Positions 30,301 to 45,300 of a stretch of 64,000 nt of DNA are shown piece by piece (the first letter of the stretch is position 1; the number at the start of each line of letters is the position of its first letter). Under the pieces are notes generated by a model. It was not told the origin of the DNA and searched no databases. It was given only the letters and a program-made list of their open reading frames with translations. The stretch is from Glaucostegus cemiculus (Eukaryota), in NCBI GenBank assembly GCA_976551045.1, contig CDPCPM010000073.1, positions 25,978,001 through 26,042,000 of the forward strand, written 5' to 3'. A program made the translations under genes and the position numbers.

Positions 30301-33300
30301 CCACATCTGCTCTGTCAGTATCTTTGTGAAGTGAATACTCTGGAGCTTGAAGCTAATGCTAATGACCTCTCAACAGCAAGACTGGGTTTCTAACAGTAAA
30401 CTGTTTAAAGGGATTATCAACTTCTTTCAGGTTAGTTGGTCATTGACTTTTAATAGATGTTAATATGATTGTACATATACTTGGTGATTTCTACAATTAT
30501 TTATATTTCTGAAGATCTACTCTTAATGATGCAGCATGTGCTAAAGAACTCATCCTAACTTTAAGGCCTCTGCACAACCCACATACTCCCAGTCAAGCAT
30601 TGGTAGGCATCCTTTCTGGAGTAAAGCATAGTGGTTAGAATAGGTGGGAGCTGCTGGATGAGAGAGGCAGGTGAGAACAGGGAGAATGGTCCTAGTTGTT
30701 GTTGAGGAAATCATTTTCCCCTGGACCTAGGCAAGGAACAGATTATTATACTGGCACTTCAGTAAGGGTGCCCTCATTGCAATCTGCTACCCGTTCTAGC
30801 TACCAGGTAACTGCAACCTCAGAACCAGGGAAGGACAACTCTGCCAGTGGGTGTGAGGGTGACTGTACCCTTGGGTACTTAGCAAAGCATGAATCAAGAA
30901 TTTTGATGGCCTGCTGTATGTTGCACAACTCTGCCATCATTTGTTAGCACATCTCTTGCCACTAACAATAGGTGAACAGCTATGGAAAATTAAAGGGGCA
31001 GGAGGAGACGGGAAAGAAAGAGGAAGATGAGTTAAGACAGCAGCTTCCACAACCCTTTTCTTAAGGGCATGTCCATAAATGACATCTAATCAGCAAAGGA
31101 ACCCCACTTTCTCATTCATTAATAGTCCCAACACCATTGCTGATCTTAATTGTGCCTTTCTGGCCACAGTGAAATAATAAAAAGGTTATTCAAAATAATC
31201 ACCAAAGCAAGCTTATAAATTAGGTAATAGAGAACTGCACAGAAAAAATCATTCAACCTCATGTATTTGTTAAGTGCTTATTTTCTATGCATGCCACGGT
31301 AGTATAGCGGTTAGCATAATGCTATTACAGAGCCAGCAACCTCGGTTCAATGCCTTCTGCTATCTGTAAGGAGTTTGTATGTTCTCCTCCGGGTGCTCCA
31401 GTTTCCTCCCACATTCCAAAGATGTACAGGTTAGGAGCTGTGGGCATGCTATGTTGCTGCTGGAAGAGTGGCGACACTTACGGGCTGCCCCCCGCACATT
31501 CTTAGCAATGTAAAGAGACGTATTTCACTGTGTGTTTTGATGTACATGTGACTAATAAATAAATATCTTATCTTAATGCTTTTTCACAGTATTTTCCCAA
31601 TTGCTGCAACACAGCTAGGGGAAGGGTGCCATCTTCCAATGGAAGAGACCTTGGAGAACCACCTTAAGCAGTTCTCAAAAGCTCAGATCATACCACCTCA
31701 GTATATCCCACAGCAAACTGGGCTGGCTGGCTCTCAGGCAACAGCAGAAGCTTTGGTAGGTAAAAGACAAAACTCAGGAGATGATTTTGCTCCAAGAAAC
31801 CGCTGCTACCCAACATGTCCCAACAGTCGTAATAATCTGATGGTCGGAATAATTGCTGGACTGCTGTGCAATTCCACAAATCTCTTTGGGCATCAATATT
31901 CAGAGCTACAACAATAATGGTATGAATTCTCATTACAAGCCAAGTATGAGAGTGCTATAAGCTCTTCAAAATGTCGCATAAACTTGATGCTGGTCTCCTC
32001 TACATTCCTAAACAAAGCACACAGACTTTTGATAGGCATACTGATGCATCGGACACTTGTTTGTGCAAAACCAAAAGCCATCTTCTGTATAATGTCTCTT
32101 CAAAATGATCACCTCAGAACTCTGCAGCAGAACGTGTGAATTAAAACTAACTTGTTTTCTCTCTTTCCCAGTTCTGATGATAGATCTATGACCTGAAACA
32201 TTAACTGTTTATCTATCTGCAAATGCTGCTTGACTTTGAGTGTTTGCGCATTTTCCAGTGTCTTACCATTTGCAGCCCTTCCCTCTCAGTCAGCCACTAC
32301 ATTATGCACAGTATCAGTACCCTAGCTCATGACTGTGATTGTTATCAACTCAACAGAACTTATGATGAAAAGTCAAGACTATCTGTTTCTTTCTTCAGAG
32401 ACACTGCCTAACTTGCTGAGTATTTCCAGCATTTCGTATTTTACAATCACATTCTTCTGCATGGTAAACTTCAGAATGATGTCACTGCCTTGAATAATTC
32501 AAGACAATGGCTTCTATTAACCTTAACAATTTCCACAAATGTATTTTAGAGCACAGCAGAAGTTAGCATTTATGCTCCACACTATTCTTCATCTAACTAC
32601 AATAAGAAATCTTTTCATTTTCCCTTTTGTGTTTAACTAGTTTCCCCATAAAATGCAACTCTTCATCTCAACCACTCCCTGTGGTAGAGAGTTCCACGTT
32701 CTAACAACCCCAAAGGTTAAGATTTTTCTTCTGGCTTCCCTACCGTTTCACTAGTAACAATCTTGCATTTAGTATCCTGATCTTCTTCTCACCTTCAAGT
32801 GGAAGCATCCCCTTTCAAAATCTACCCTTTTAAACCATTTCATAATCTTAAAGATCTCTTCCGCAAATGAAAATTTAAAAAACAGTATATGTTGAAAATT
32901 TGAAGTAAAACCACAAAATGCTGGGCGGCGCGGACTCGTTGGGCCGAAGTGGCCTGCTCAGCAGTCAGGCCACACTTACGGAAAGATAAGCAGAATTAAC
33001 GTTTCAGGTCTGAGACTCTTCATCAGAATTGAGAAAGAGAAAACAAGTTTGTTTTCTCTTTCATTTAGGTTGCTCCTTTCTAATCTCTTATCAACTGACA
33101 TCTTTTCCTCTTTCCTGATTGGTATAAGCTTCCAGTTCTGGTCTCATTTTTGTCATTTTTTGCACCCATGTTAATGCCGTCATAGGTTTAAAATCAATTA
33201 TGGTCATTAGCACTAACTACTGTGAGAGCATCAAGCACCAATTGTACTTGCCTCCTAACATCTAGTTCTATTGGAAAAATTGGAACCAAATGTCAGATGA

Positions 33301-36300
33301 GTAAAGATGACAGCCAATGTTTTCGAAAGAGTTTAGCTCTCTTGAACAATGACAAATTTCTCCCTCTTTAATGATACTTGTTGAAAGTACACAAAGTACA
33401 GTTAAACCAAGGTTCTTGTAAAGTTCAACAAAACGTTAGTAAAAATTTCATACTACACTTATGTTTAGGTTCAACTCCATGGTGGAAACTACCACTTTAT
33501 TTTTATGAGCGCAGTCACCTTGGAGCCAAAGCAACACTTGCTGCTAGTGGAAACTTTATAGCGTACTGATTTAGGACAGATCCTTGTATGCATAACACCA
33601 GGTACAATTTTTGGTGAATGGTTATTCTCTTTATGCAGGGCCATGGTGCACAGTTGAGCATCACTATTTGTTTAACTAATAGCAGTCATTATTTTTAATG
33701 ATCCATGACACTAAGCTGTCCACAAGGTGATTATTCATAAGCCATGTCTCCGCTAGTTGAGATATGCTATTTTAGTCTGAAGAGCACAAGGTTCGCCTGG
33801 AATTGTTACAACTGCCATAGCTGCCAATAATTTATTATTATTTTTTTAAATTTTATTTACAGCATGGTAACAGGCCCCTTGGGCCCAACGAGTCTGCGCC
33901 ACCCATTTTCAACCACCAAATTAACCTACCCATACGTCTTTTAGAATTTCTCCTTCCAAGGATAGAAAAATCCCAAGTTATCAACTTCATGTTAAAGATC
34001 TGTAGTTGTTGTTCCAATACAAGTAACTTAAACACATATGTATAATTTTTAAGGGATATTGTTAAGGGCACGGATAATGTTCCTGCATTGTCAGAATTAA
34101 TCCCTGAACGAGGATGAAGCCAATCCTACTTGTGAGAAAACAACTGACAAATGTTACAGATTCTTCAAGGAATGATAATGGCCCACTGAAACATTTTAAA
34201 CTGCAATCATATTCTTAGTAGGCATCTCTTTCGCTGCATGTTGAGATGCTATTCCTTCTGCTTCGTAAAATTGTGAATAACTAAGGCAGTGGAGAAATAA
34301 ACAACTAGAAATAGTCCATCAAATACTGTGTGCTTACAGGAAACACAAGTTCATTCAAGCAGAATACTGTTGTATTGAAAAATCAATCTTGAAGGACTTG
34401 TACCTTATCTCTCGTTTCTCATCCATGCTCACTGTCAATTCTTGGATGGCCCTCGCTCTTTCATTGGGTGATAAGGTCACCAGTTCAGCAACAAGCGCTC
34501 TCTTTTCTGCATATAATCAAATAAAAATTATTCCTTCCAGATTGTGTGTTTTTGTCACATTTTTTTTCTTCTAGTGATGCAAATTTGGGAGATTTACACA
34601 GTTGATGCATGTTCTTTGATGAGTGTTACCTAGAGTCATTTTACCCACCTTCTTTCTCTTCTTCACTTATTTCCGGTTCTGGTTTTATAAACTGCGAATA
34701 ACTCAAGCCAGCCAAGGATGCTAATCGTATTGCAGTTCCAATACTTCTACGCCTTTTCGCTGCAGCTGATAAACACATGGTATCATAAGAAATTATTCTA
34801 TTGATTCCTATTATTTACTTCAGACCATCAAAATTACACTTCCTGATGTATTGTGCAAAGTTTACAAGTGATCTGGAGGAATTTGGTCTGCAACCCCCAA
34901 GGTCACAGCTCCTCAAATAAATATCAAAATATCTTTTAAACATGCTGGCTGTTCTAGCCTCTATTACCCTTTTTGACAGCGAATTCCAGATGTCCTATTG
35001 TTAAACAGTTATTTGCATATCTACTGTTTAATCCTTTTAAAATCGATGCTTCCTGGGTTTTGCCCCCTAGCTAAAGGGAACAGGATCTTCCTATTAAATC
35101 TTTCTAGGATCTTCGTAATGTTATACATCTCAATTATGCCTCCCTTAAGCAACCTAAAGTTCTAGGTCAGTGTCCCTTTCAATGCACATGAACACATCAT
35201 TGATAGTGACATAATTGTGGCACTCATGCTATATTGTAGATACTCTCCAATTCTAATAATTTCTTAAGCCTTAACATATACCTAGAAAAATAAGCGTCAT
35301 CACTCAGAACTCTACCATTACCTTTCCAGCGTGCATCATTAATTTTGTTCAGAGTTGCCAAAGTATCATCATCGATATTTACTGTTACTCGATTTCTTGG
35401 TATTTTCTGTGTTCTTACTGGAGTAGCAGTGGTGAGCTTTTCTAATGCATCATCCTGTATTATATCTGGTTTCTTAGGACCATCTTGAAAGTTAAATGAT
35501 TCAGTATATTTGTAATCTGGATAAGTTTCTTTAAAATAGTGGTAGAAAAACCTAACCAGTGCAACAAAAAGTTGCCAGAAGTGTTGGAAACATTGGCAAA
35601 ATGTTAACTTTTCTGGTGTATCATTTTGCTCAATTACATTAACTATTGACAAACTTTCAGCACGTTCATCTGTTAAAACATTTTCACCATATTTTTCTAT
35701 TTGTACAGCAACTCCTTTTTTGCCTTGGGTCATCTTCCTCACTATATCTTTTTTATATTTATTCCTTAGCTCTCCACACAGATACTTCCATTGAAACGTA
35801 CTCTTCCATTGTAATGTTCTTCTAAAATGGCCTCTAATGTAAATTTCTTCTATGTTGACTTAAGCTTCATAATAATTACTTGCAAGCACAATGTCAAAAT
35901 GCTTATTGTAATCAACAAAACTGAAAAAAAGCATCCAATTTTTCCAAGCTTTTAGCTATAGGATTTGTTTTTAAAAGCCAAAAGAAAATCCAAATTTGTA
36001 AGCAGATTTATAACACAAACAGTATAAGTAGCTAGTCAATTGTCATGATACTTCCTCAAAATTCCCCCCTGCATTCTAGAGAAGGATCGGTTAATAAATA
36101 AGTTTAAAAGTACACATTACAAAAGTTCTAGAATCATGGCACAACAACACAATATTCAAAATTGAAATAATACCCAAGCTAATGAAGTAATAATGTTTAA
36201 AATTATGAATACATTCTAGCAAACAAGGCTCTGGAACACATGTATTCTCTGTACATTCCAAGTCATTTTAATTAAGTTTCCACCTGTTAAATACAGCACC

Positions 36301-39300
36301 ACAATTTCCCAGGTAAGTACAGGATAAACAAAGGATTACAGATGCTAGAATTTAGATGAAAAATAATAAGATACCAGAGGAACTCAGCAGGTCAGGCAGC
36401 AGCCGTGGGGAAAAAAGACAGTTAATGTTTCGGATCAGGACCCTTCTTCAGGACTGAAGATAGGAAAAGGGGAAGCCCAATATATAGGGGGGAAAACAGA
36501 GCAGTGATAGGTGGACAAAAGAGGGGAGGTGGGGTGGGCACAAGGTGGTGATTGGTAGATGCAGGTTAGAGATAGTGATAGGCAGGTGCAGGGAAGGAGG
36601 GGAGAGCAGATCCACTAGGAGATGGGTCAAAGGTATGGAGGCAGGTGGCATGGAGGAAGGGGAAGAGAGGAAAAGGAGAGAGAAAAAATGGCAAGGAGAA
36701 AGAAGAGAGATAGGCTAGGAAAGGGAAGAAAAGAAGAGGCAAGGTGTGGGCAGTGTGGAGTGGGGGTGTGTGGTGCTGTTGGTTTACTTAAAGTGGGAAA
36801 ATTCGATGTTCATCCTATTAGGCTGTAAGGACCGAAGACAGAAAATGAGGTGTTGTTCCATTTTACAGTGACTGATTCATTGAACACCCATTCTCCATCT
36901 GTAACTGCGATCTGCACCTCCCATTGTGAGTCACTTCAACTTCCCCTCCCACACCTTCACTGATATGTCAATCCTCAGCCTCCTCCACTGCTGGGAGAAG
37001 TTCAAATGCAAACTGGAGGGACAACACCTCATTTTCCAGGAGTGGCACACTGTAAAATGCAGCACGTAGAAAGTACATCATAACAATAAACTTGACTTTA
37101 ACAAACAGCTCGACGAACAACATCTGAGGGATATGCACTTTTGGAAATTTATGGGGATGCACTAGTTGTATGCAAGTACACCTCACTTCAAACAAGGCAG
37201 TAGCAGAGTAAAGGTCAACCAAGGACCTGACTTATGGAAATGCATTCAAAAGAACATAAATCAGTATGTACAGAATACAATAAGAAAGGGGGCAAACAGG
37301 AAGTTGTTTTGGAGATTCAACCTAGCTAGCCATCAAAGGTGTGAATGGCAGAGCATCTTGGAATCTGTGATTATCATGTTATTAGTTTTAGCAAAGCTAT
37401 GCCAATGGGCAAATGTATATCAGAAACAAATTATCTCATTGTGGAAAGTGCACTGTGAATGAATAATTGTGGTGAAATTACACCATTCAGGGCAGATGTC
37501 ACATGCGTGATACTCAAGAGAAAAGAGGAGCCAACATTCTTCACTCCACAAACCATTACCAATGCAATTTAATATTATTGCACAGTGGAATCTTGATATG
37601 ATGCACCTTGGTATATTGCAGTTATACTGCAGAAGTTTTATGTCCCAAATCAGATGTGTTTTATCTCATAGGACAAAGTCTGTGGTCCACTATGCATGGG
37701 TACTTTATGAATAGATTATGTTGTTGGGTTCTGTAGCTTTATTAGATTTACAAAGGGAAATTAATGGATTAAATGACTGTGCAGAGTCTAACAAATGGAT
37801 TCTAATACAGGCAAATGTGGAGTCACGAGAACTGGTGTATCTGTAGACCTGTACCAAATAGTCAATGTCTGCAAATCTGTCACCCAATGAGAGTTAGTGT
37901 GTAGAGCTGGATACTGCTGAAAGTCAGTATTTGTGAGACCCAAACCCCAGTGAGAGTCAATGTCTGTTGTCTGTGACATCATACTCTAGTGAGAATCACT
38001 GTGTCTTCAACCTGTCCCTCAGGAGAGTCGTCATGTGCGTATGTGTCTCCTGCTCTGTACTGTATGGCTTCAATATTCTCAAAGTGTTCCTTATGCTCAG
38101 ATGTGCTCAAATTACTCCAGGATCATGGAGAGGCAGTAATATTCCCAGCAGAATGTAATTGAACTTTGTTTGTGAAAGTCTCTCTGACGATAGCAGTACT
38201 GAGGGAGCAACGGATTCTGGTACAAGATCAAAGTCAAAGACAAGTTTACTGCCAATGCACAAGTACATGAGGCACAGGTGCAATGACAAAAACTTACTTG
38301 CAGCAGCATCACGGGCACATAGCATCATGTACACAACATTCACAAGACAAACATATATTAAACATAAATTATTCACAATTCTTTACAAGGCAGAACACAA
38401 TTAGAACAAAAAAAAGTCTGTTGTAGTTCAAAGTGATCAAAGTGCTCACAGTGTTGCTGTACTGAGATAGTGAATAGGGTTGTGCAGGTTGGTTCAAGGG
38501 CCGAATGGTTGAAGAGAAGTAGCTGTTCTTGAAGCTGGTGGTGTGGGACTTTATGCTTCTATACATCCTGCCCAATAGTTGCTGCAAGAAGATGGCATGG
38601 CTCAGATGGTGGGGAGGGATGTGGTCATGATATATTGGGCCGAGTCCACTGCTCTCTGCAACTTATGTTCCTGAGCATTCAAATTACTGTACCAGACCAT
38701 CATTCAACCAGTCAGGATACCTTCAACAGTACACCTGTAGAAGTTTGTTAGAGCGTTCGGTGACATACAGAAGCTCCTTAACCTTCTAAGAAAGTAAAGG
38801 CACTGGCACGCCTTCCTTATGATTGCATCTATGTTTTGGACCCAGGACAGGTCATCTGATGTGCTACCACACATGAATTTAAAGCTGCTGGCTCTCTCCA
38901 CCGCCAATCCCCCAATGCAGTCCACCATATGTTCACCCTTCTTTTCCTTCCTGAAGTCAATAATCAGGTGTTCAATCTTGCTCCTGTACACTGGCTTTAG
39001 CACCTGTGATTCGTCCAACAACAGTGATGTCATCAGCGAATTTGTATATGGCACTGGCGCTGTGCTAAGCCACACAGTCATGTGTGTATGTAGAGTAGAG
39101 CAGGGGGTTCAACAGGCAGCCTTGAGGTGCACCTGTGTTGATAGTCAGCAAGGAAGAAATGTTATTATGAAACCTCACTGATTGAGGTCTGCCAATGAGG
39201 AAGTAGAGGATCCAGTTGCAGAGAGAGGTACAGAGTCCCAGCAATCTATTAATGTGCAACCAGTCTACAAATTGTAGCTGTGGGATACAGTATTGAGATT

Positions 39301-42300
39301 CAGTGGATATTACATAAATCTGTTCAAACTGTCTGCATGCATACATATTTGTATCTAAATACTTGATCACTGGTGAAGTAAGTTTCTGTGGGTGAGGGCA
39401 ATGAGACCTGGAGCCATGTTGTGTACGTGGAACAGAGGTGCATGGTAGATGAAAATAAATAATGCTTACCTGACTCTTGGTTTGAAATGTCAACATTTCC
39501 ATGAAGGTCAGGTATGAATGAAGGATCTTGTTGGCTACGCCCATCATATGTTGATGAAGCAGAGCTATAAGATTCATCTGTTATTGGCTCAAATCCAGGA
39601 TTAACTATCCAATGGAAACAAAAAATACAGTATTTGTAAAAATTTGATAACATATGCTTTAATGTACTGTTTCTGTTTTTACCTGTACTACATCAATGCA
39701 CTTTGTACTAACTCAATGTAACTGCACTGTGTAATGAATTGACCTGTACAATCGGTTTGTAAGCCAAGCTTTTCACTGTACCTTGGTACAAGTGACAATA
39801 ATAAAACAATACCAATACAGTGATTGAATAATCAAGGGAGCTGTTAGGCAGAATACAGGAACTTTTCCATTGCTGCTTTTACAGTGCTGAGCTATGGTTC
39901 ATTTTGGTAGGTCAAATATGTTGGATGAATATAGTATTAATGGTAGGACTCTTGGCAGTGTGGAGGATCAGAGGGATCTTGTTTTAGTTTTGATTCTCTT
40001 TGAAAGAAGGTGTAACCATGATATGTCAAATGGTCTTTTCTTCTACTATAAACCTGTGACTTAGTTTGCCGTTTTGATATTTTAATTGAAAATGTTTCAT
40101 ATTCATTTTTAAAAACATGCCTACAATAGAAAATGTTTGGTATTTTTGCTTGATTATTGTATCTAATTCTAAACAAACATGTATTTATTTATTTTCTTTT
40201 TAAGACACTCAGTACTATGGCAGAGAATAATGAAAGAACCCGAGATCAAGTGAAGAATCTGTTACTCATTCAGCCAGCAGGTCAGACTTACACTGAAGAT
40301 ACTCATATTGTCTCTTGTCCAGATGTTATTAAACAATAATACACAATTTTCAATAATATTAACACATTTAACCAATACCTCATACATAAATGATACAGAA
40401 TTGCCACCATTTCATCCTCATGAGTGTTTCATAAATGCATTCAATACAAATCAGTATTTTGAAGTCAAATACCTATTCTAAACAATAGCTCCAAGTAATA
40501 CAGAAAACATACCAAATCCAGTGTTATTTTCATATGGATTCATGTTAGTGAATCGAGGTCTTAATTCACTGTGTTCTCTTCCAATTGTCGTCATTTGTAT
40601 AGTCTCTGGCCGGTCCCAATTTCTCCAAACACCAGATGAATCAAACAGATCCCGCTGGTCGGAAGATGGCAATGAAGTTGTGCGGAATGTAGATCGCACC
40701 TGTGTACTAACAGAGCAGAACACAAAAACTAGCACAATGCTGCATTGCTTGATTATTCATAACGTATGGATTTTGCTTTGTAATATTAGATTCTGGGATC
40801 ATCTGAAGTTCTTTGCTTATGTGCACTGATGTCCCAGCTTAATAGTGAATTGAGAGACCTCATTAATGAATTCAAACTGGTAGTCATTAAGCATGTTTTG
40901 AAGATGCTACAAAATATATATCCAATGTTTTTACAAGATGCTTTTGCCTATGCAAAGTTAATTTTCTAGAATCTACCATTTGTTAAACTTCTTTTACTCA
41001 AATATATCCATGTCTTTTTTTTCAGTAATGTGAAGTTAACCTATAAAGTAGAAATACAAAATATTATGCTTCTCCTGCAGAGCATTGTATGTTGGACAAT
41101 AAGCAAACATTATTCCTTAATTTCCCTCAAGACTACAATAATTATAAAACAAACACCAGAGAATTCTTCTGTGAATATCATGCTCATTAGGTTAACTACA
41201 AGAGTTTTTTCAAAAATATCTAAGAAATAGCATCAACATTTTAATGTTATTTTAGCTTCTATCAATCTCTAATTATTAGCTATCAATAACAAGAGATATT
41301 TTATTTCTTAAGCAGGAAAGTCATTCCTTAACAATCCCTACTTTAAAAAATAATTACCATTGTGAAATACATACACAGCTTTACCTCACACAAGACTGAG
41401 AAGACTAACAACTACATAAAGAATACAAGTCATACTCATTTTAAATAATTACAGAGTAGGGAAATGTTGAAGCTATAATTTAATTGATGCTCAAGCCAAT
41501 TCTTAATTCTTGTTATATAGAACGTCACTTGAACTTCCCCATTAGGTTACTGACTGATAACTTGCAATCATTCATTATACTACGTATCACTCTTACAGGG
41601 TATTTCTACATTTTTTGCCTTGTTAGCACAGAAGAAGTGTACAGTAGAAGGAAGAAGCTTGATCGTCTTGTCAGCAGTAACTCAGCATTGTTATGGGGGT
41701 TAGTAAAATATTGCTTTCTTGACCAGACATACAGTGCCTTCAGATTTCAATGTTTTGAGCATTGGGGAAAGGTAGCGATGCAATGAAGGGAAGAATATGT
41801 GGAATAATCCAATGACATCACCAGATATGTACTTTTTAAAATTCTGCTTCTCTTTGAATGATTGAAAATTCTATATTTTAGGCTACCTATTGTTAACAAT
41901 AACAACAAATGCACTGTAGGGATATCATCACGTTCTAATGAAATAAAATGTGGAGCAAAGCTTTCAGGGTTAAATTGACTAAGATCATCATACTATCTAT
42001 TCACATTTATATACAATGCACAATATTTAGTGCTGTTTGACAATATGCACAATTGATTAAAATGTCTGGTATAACCATCCTTCTATGGCAAACAGCGTAA
42101 TGCAAGGTCAAATATTGTTGGTGAACGGAAGTAGTTCCATGGCAAGTTTGGACTTGAGCACATACAAATTCAAATGCAGAAATCTGGAACTTGCCAACAG
42201 CCAAGAACAGTCCATTGGAGAAGCGTAAATTTGTTTGCTCACAAATCCAACACCAGGTTAGACACAGCGCAGGATCAGAAATCCTGCATCGGGACTGGCT

Positions 42301-45300
42301 AGCATGTTGCACCTTAATGATCCAAATCAGGTAAAGACAGGGCAATGAGGAATCAAAGTGGTGACTGCTTGCAGCAAGTACCACTTGACAAATCTGGGCC
42401 TAATGACATATGATCCAATAAGTTACGCAGTTAAATATGTTTTGGTTCCTGCAGGCATTCTGTTATGAAAATGTGATATATATTAGGTCTGAAACCTTCT
42501 TTTCAAATCTGCTTAAAATGAGAAAACTCCTGAAGAGGTAGTGTCACTGATCAACGCTGGGGACTTGTTATTACAGTTGCCCATCAAGTTTGACCGAATG
42601 AAAAATAAAAATGATATATTGACACATGACATTATCAAAGACTTAATATTTCTTCAAAATTAAAACATCTTATTTGGTTCAGTGGTGGCACTCCCTGTCT
42701 CTAAGTTAGGAGTACAGTCAAGTACAGTAAAGTCCCATTCCAGAAATTTAAGTATATGGTCTAAACAGAAACTTTGGTGCTTAGGGAACATTGGTAGAGA
42801 CAAAATGAGACAGAGACATAATGGGGAGAGGGACAGAGAGGGAGATGAGAACTAAAAGTAAATACCTTTTGCTATCTGAATTACCAATTCACCAATGCAG
42901 CTTTAGAAGTTCCTGTTGCTTACACAGCTTCTTCCACCTTTTATTCCATTCTGCCTATCTACCACTACCAAATTCTCAAAACTGCTTTCCCATTCTTCCA
43001 CAGTCCCTGGTTTCTCCTTTATGCCTGGTATCAAATGGTCTCCTGGTTCTTGGAATTTTCCACAAATTGGCTGCTGCCTCAACACCTTACAAAAAAAACC
43101 CCAGCTTTCCAATAAAACGTAACAACATTTGTAGAGGACATGTTATCATGATCAAACCTCCAGGAAAAGTCTCTAACTAGAGTTAACATTAAAGTTGAAA
43201 ATCCAAAAATGCAGCATAGAAGCACAGACAATGAAGTTGAACCTGACAATAGTTATCAAAGTATAAGCAGTAGAATAAGACTGACAAACATTATATCAAG
43301 TTGCACTTTTGGATGGGATCATGCAATCAATCAGCTGCATAAATCACTAGCCGTATAAACTGTTCTTTTATCCAAAAATAAAGTTCATTTCCTAATGGTC
43401 CTGCTCTCTATTTATTTGGTCTACCCACAGAGGGTGGGTAGAAAAAAAAGTTCTTTTGCCTGAAACAGTTGAAAGAGTTTGCAACTAACTTTCTGAACAG
43501 CACGATCATGAAATAATTTTTCCAATTGAGCACATCGTAGAAGACATTTTAAAAAGAAGTTGTGAACTGATATATTTTTACTAAAAATTTACTTTATTCA
43601 TATTATATACAATAGAGACACGTCTTTCCCTACATCCATTGTACCATCAAGTCAATACATTCTGTCACTACATGTCAACACCCCTCATGTTTCCTCCTTA
43701 AATAAAGCATTTGTCAATTATTTGAGGGACTGTTAAACAGGGACGAGCCTCTCTATGTTGATTGGCAATGGACCTTACATTGTCATCCTTCCCTGCAGAG
43801 CCTTTGTAGTGACTGCTCTGAGCCTCAGGGTGTCCCTCAGCATTTACTCCTGTACCGTGGAATCTACCAGTTGGCAGCATTTGCTTGCTCACATCTGCTT
43901 ACACTGGAAGACCAACAAGTTTCAGTAGGCCAATCTGTCAATGAGTTGATAATCTTCCAGCAGCTGTTGATGTTCATTTCAATATGCTTCCCTGGGAATA
44001 ACCCGTAGAGTCCTGTGTTACATAGCCACCTAGGACAAATCTTGATAAGGACTGCCGGACCCCTTTCTAGCCCTTCAAGGCAAAGGCACCGCCCACCAGG
44101 AGACTGACAATCATCTCATCCTCACTACAGCCATCTTGAGGACAGCTTGCAATGGGACTGAAGCCCTACATGAAGGATCAAATGGAGAGGGCTCCTCTCA
44201 TTACCAGCTAAGTGAGGTCTTAGTGCTTGTTTGACAATTCTGGCAATAAGGCATTCCGCAAAATGACTTAGATCCATCCCACTGGATCTATTGTCTTTTT
44301 CTCCTGCAGAGCCTTCAGAATGGTCCGCACTGATATTTGTGGTTGGTAGTGCTTTTCTGCAGGAATTTTACCTACAAAGGTCAGGTAAATAAGCTCAACT
44401 GCCATATCCTAGTAATTAACTGTTCTTTGTGCCAGAATTATATTAGCTATCATTCAGAATTGCCAAGTGTTTTTGAACAATCGACTTTAGAAAATCTGAT
44501 TTGGTACAGATTTAATATACTGAAACTATGCTGCTTTTGTCCTAAATAGAATGCAAGATGTTGGGCCCAGTACTAAATCTGTTCATAAAGTAAAAGACAC
44601 AAGAAGGAGTTTATAATCTACTTATCATATTAATCTGGGCACACAAATTACTTAGCAAGCTTTGATCTTTACCCTTTTAAAAATCAGCCATTGTTTTACT
44701 TCCAAATACATTGATCTAGCTTATCAATGCAAGGTGAATATTACACAAAAATATAAACTTGCAAGTAAAGGCTCTTTTTATAGTCTGAAATAAATTGGCA
44801 TGATTCAGAGAAAATGCTTAAACTGAAGTGAAACAAAAGCACATATTGCTGTTCTCCCATGAAATGAGAAGCCTTTAATATTGAAACTAACCTCAATTAT
44901 TATTGTATTTTCTTGAATTATTTATTTAGGTAGCCCTGGATTTACTTGAGTGTTGTGTTAATTGGACAAATGGATGCATTTCCCAAAGGTCTGGTTCAAG
45001 AAATGATAGATTCCCATATCTTTTAGTTCACAGATCCATGGGTATGTTTGCATTTTCCAAGAAGACCTTCTACTGTCACTTCAGCAGAATGTTGGTAGAA
45101 GTCAAGGCAAAAGTACAAGTGGCCATTTAAATTGCTTCTTGGAGGCTTATTTTGATCTCTCACCCCAGGGAAATTCTTCTCCAGCATTTTTTGCTTTGTT
45201 CAAAAATAGAAAGATAACTGCTAAATATCTTGATAAGATCTCTTCAGACTTCCTGCTGTGGCATGAGTGGAAACCCTGGAGAAATGGGAGAAAGTATAGA

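Noticed and set aside
35224-35321. C-terminal tail of the 172-aa ORF as part of a standalone single-exon gene
   Set aside because: Better explained as read-through past the donor at 35321.
35751-35760. TATAAAA upstream of the alternative exon
   Set aside because: Only ~20 nt from the ATG, too close for a canonical TATA box, and the context is AT-rich.
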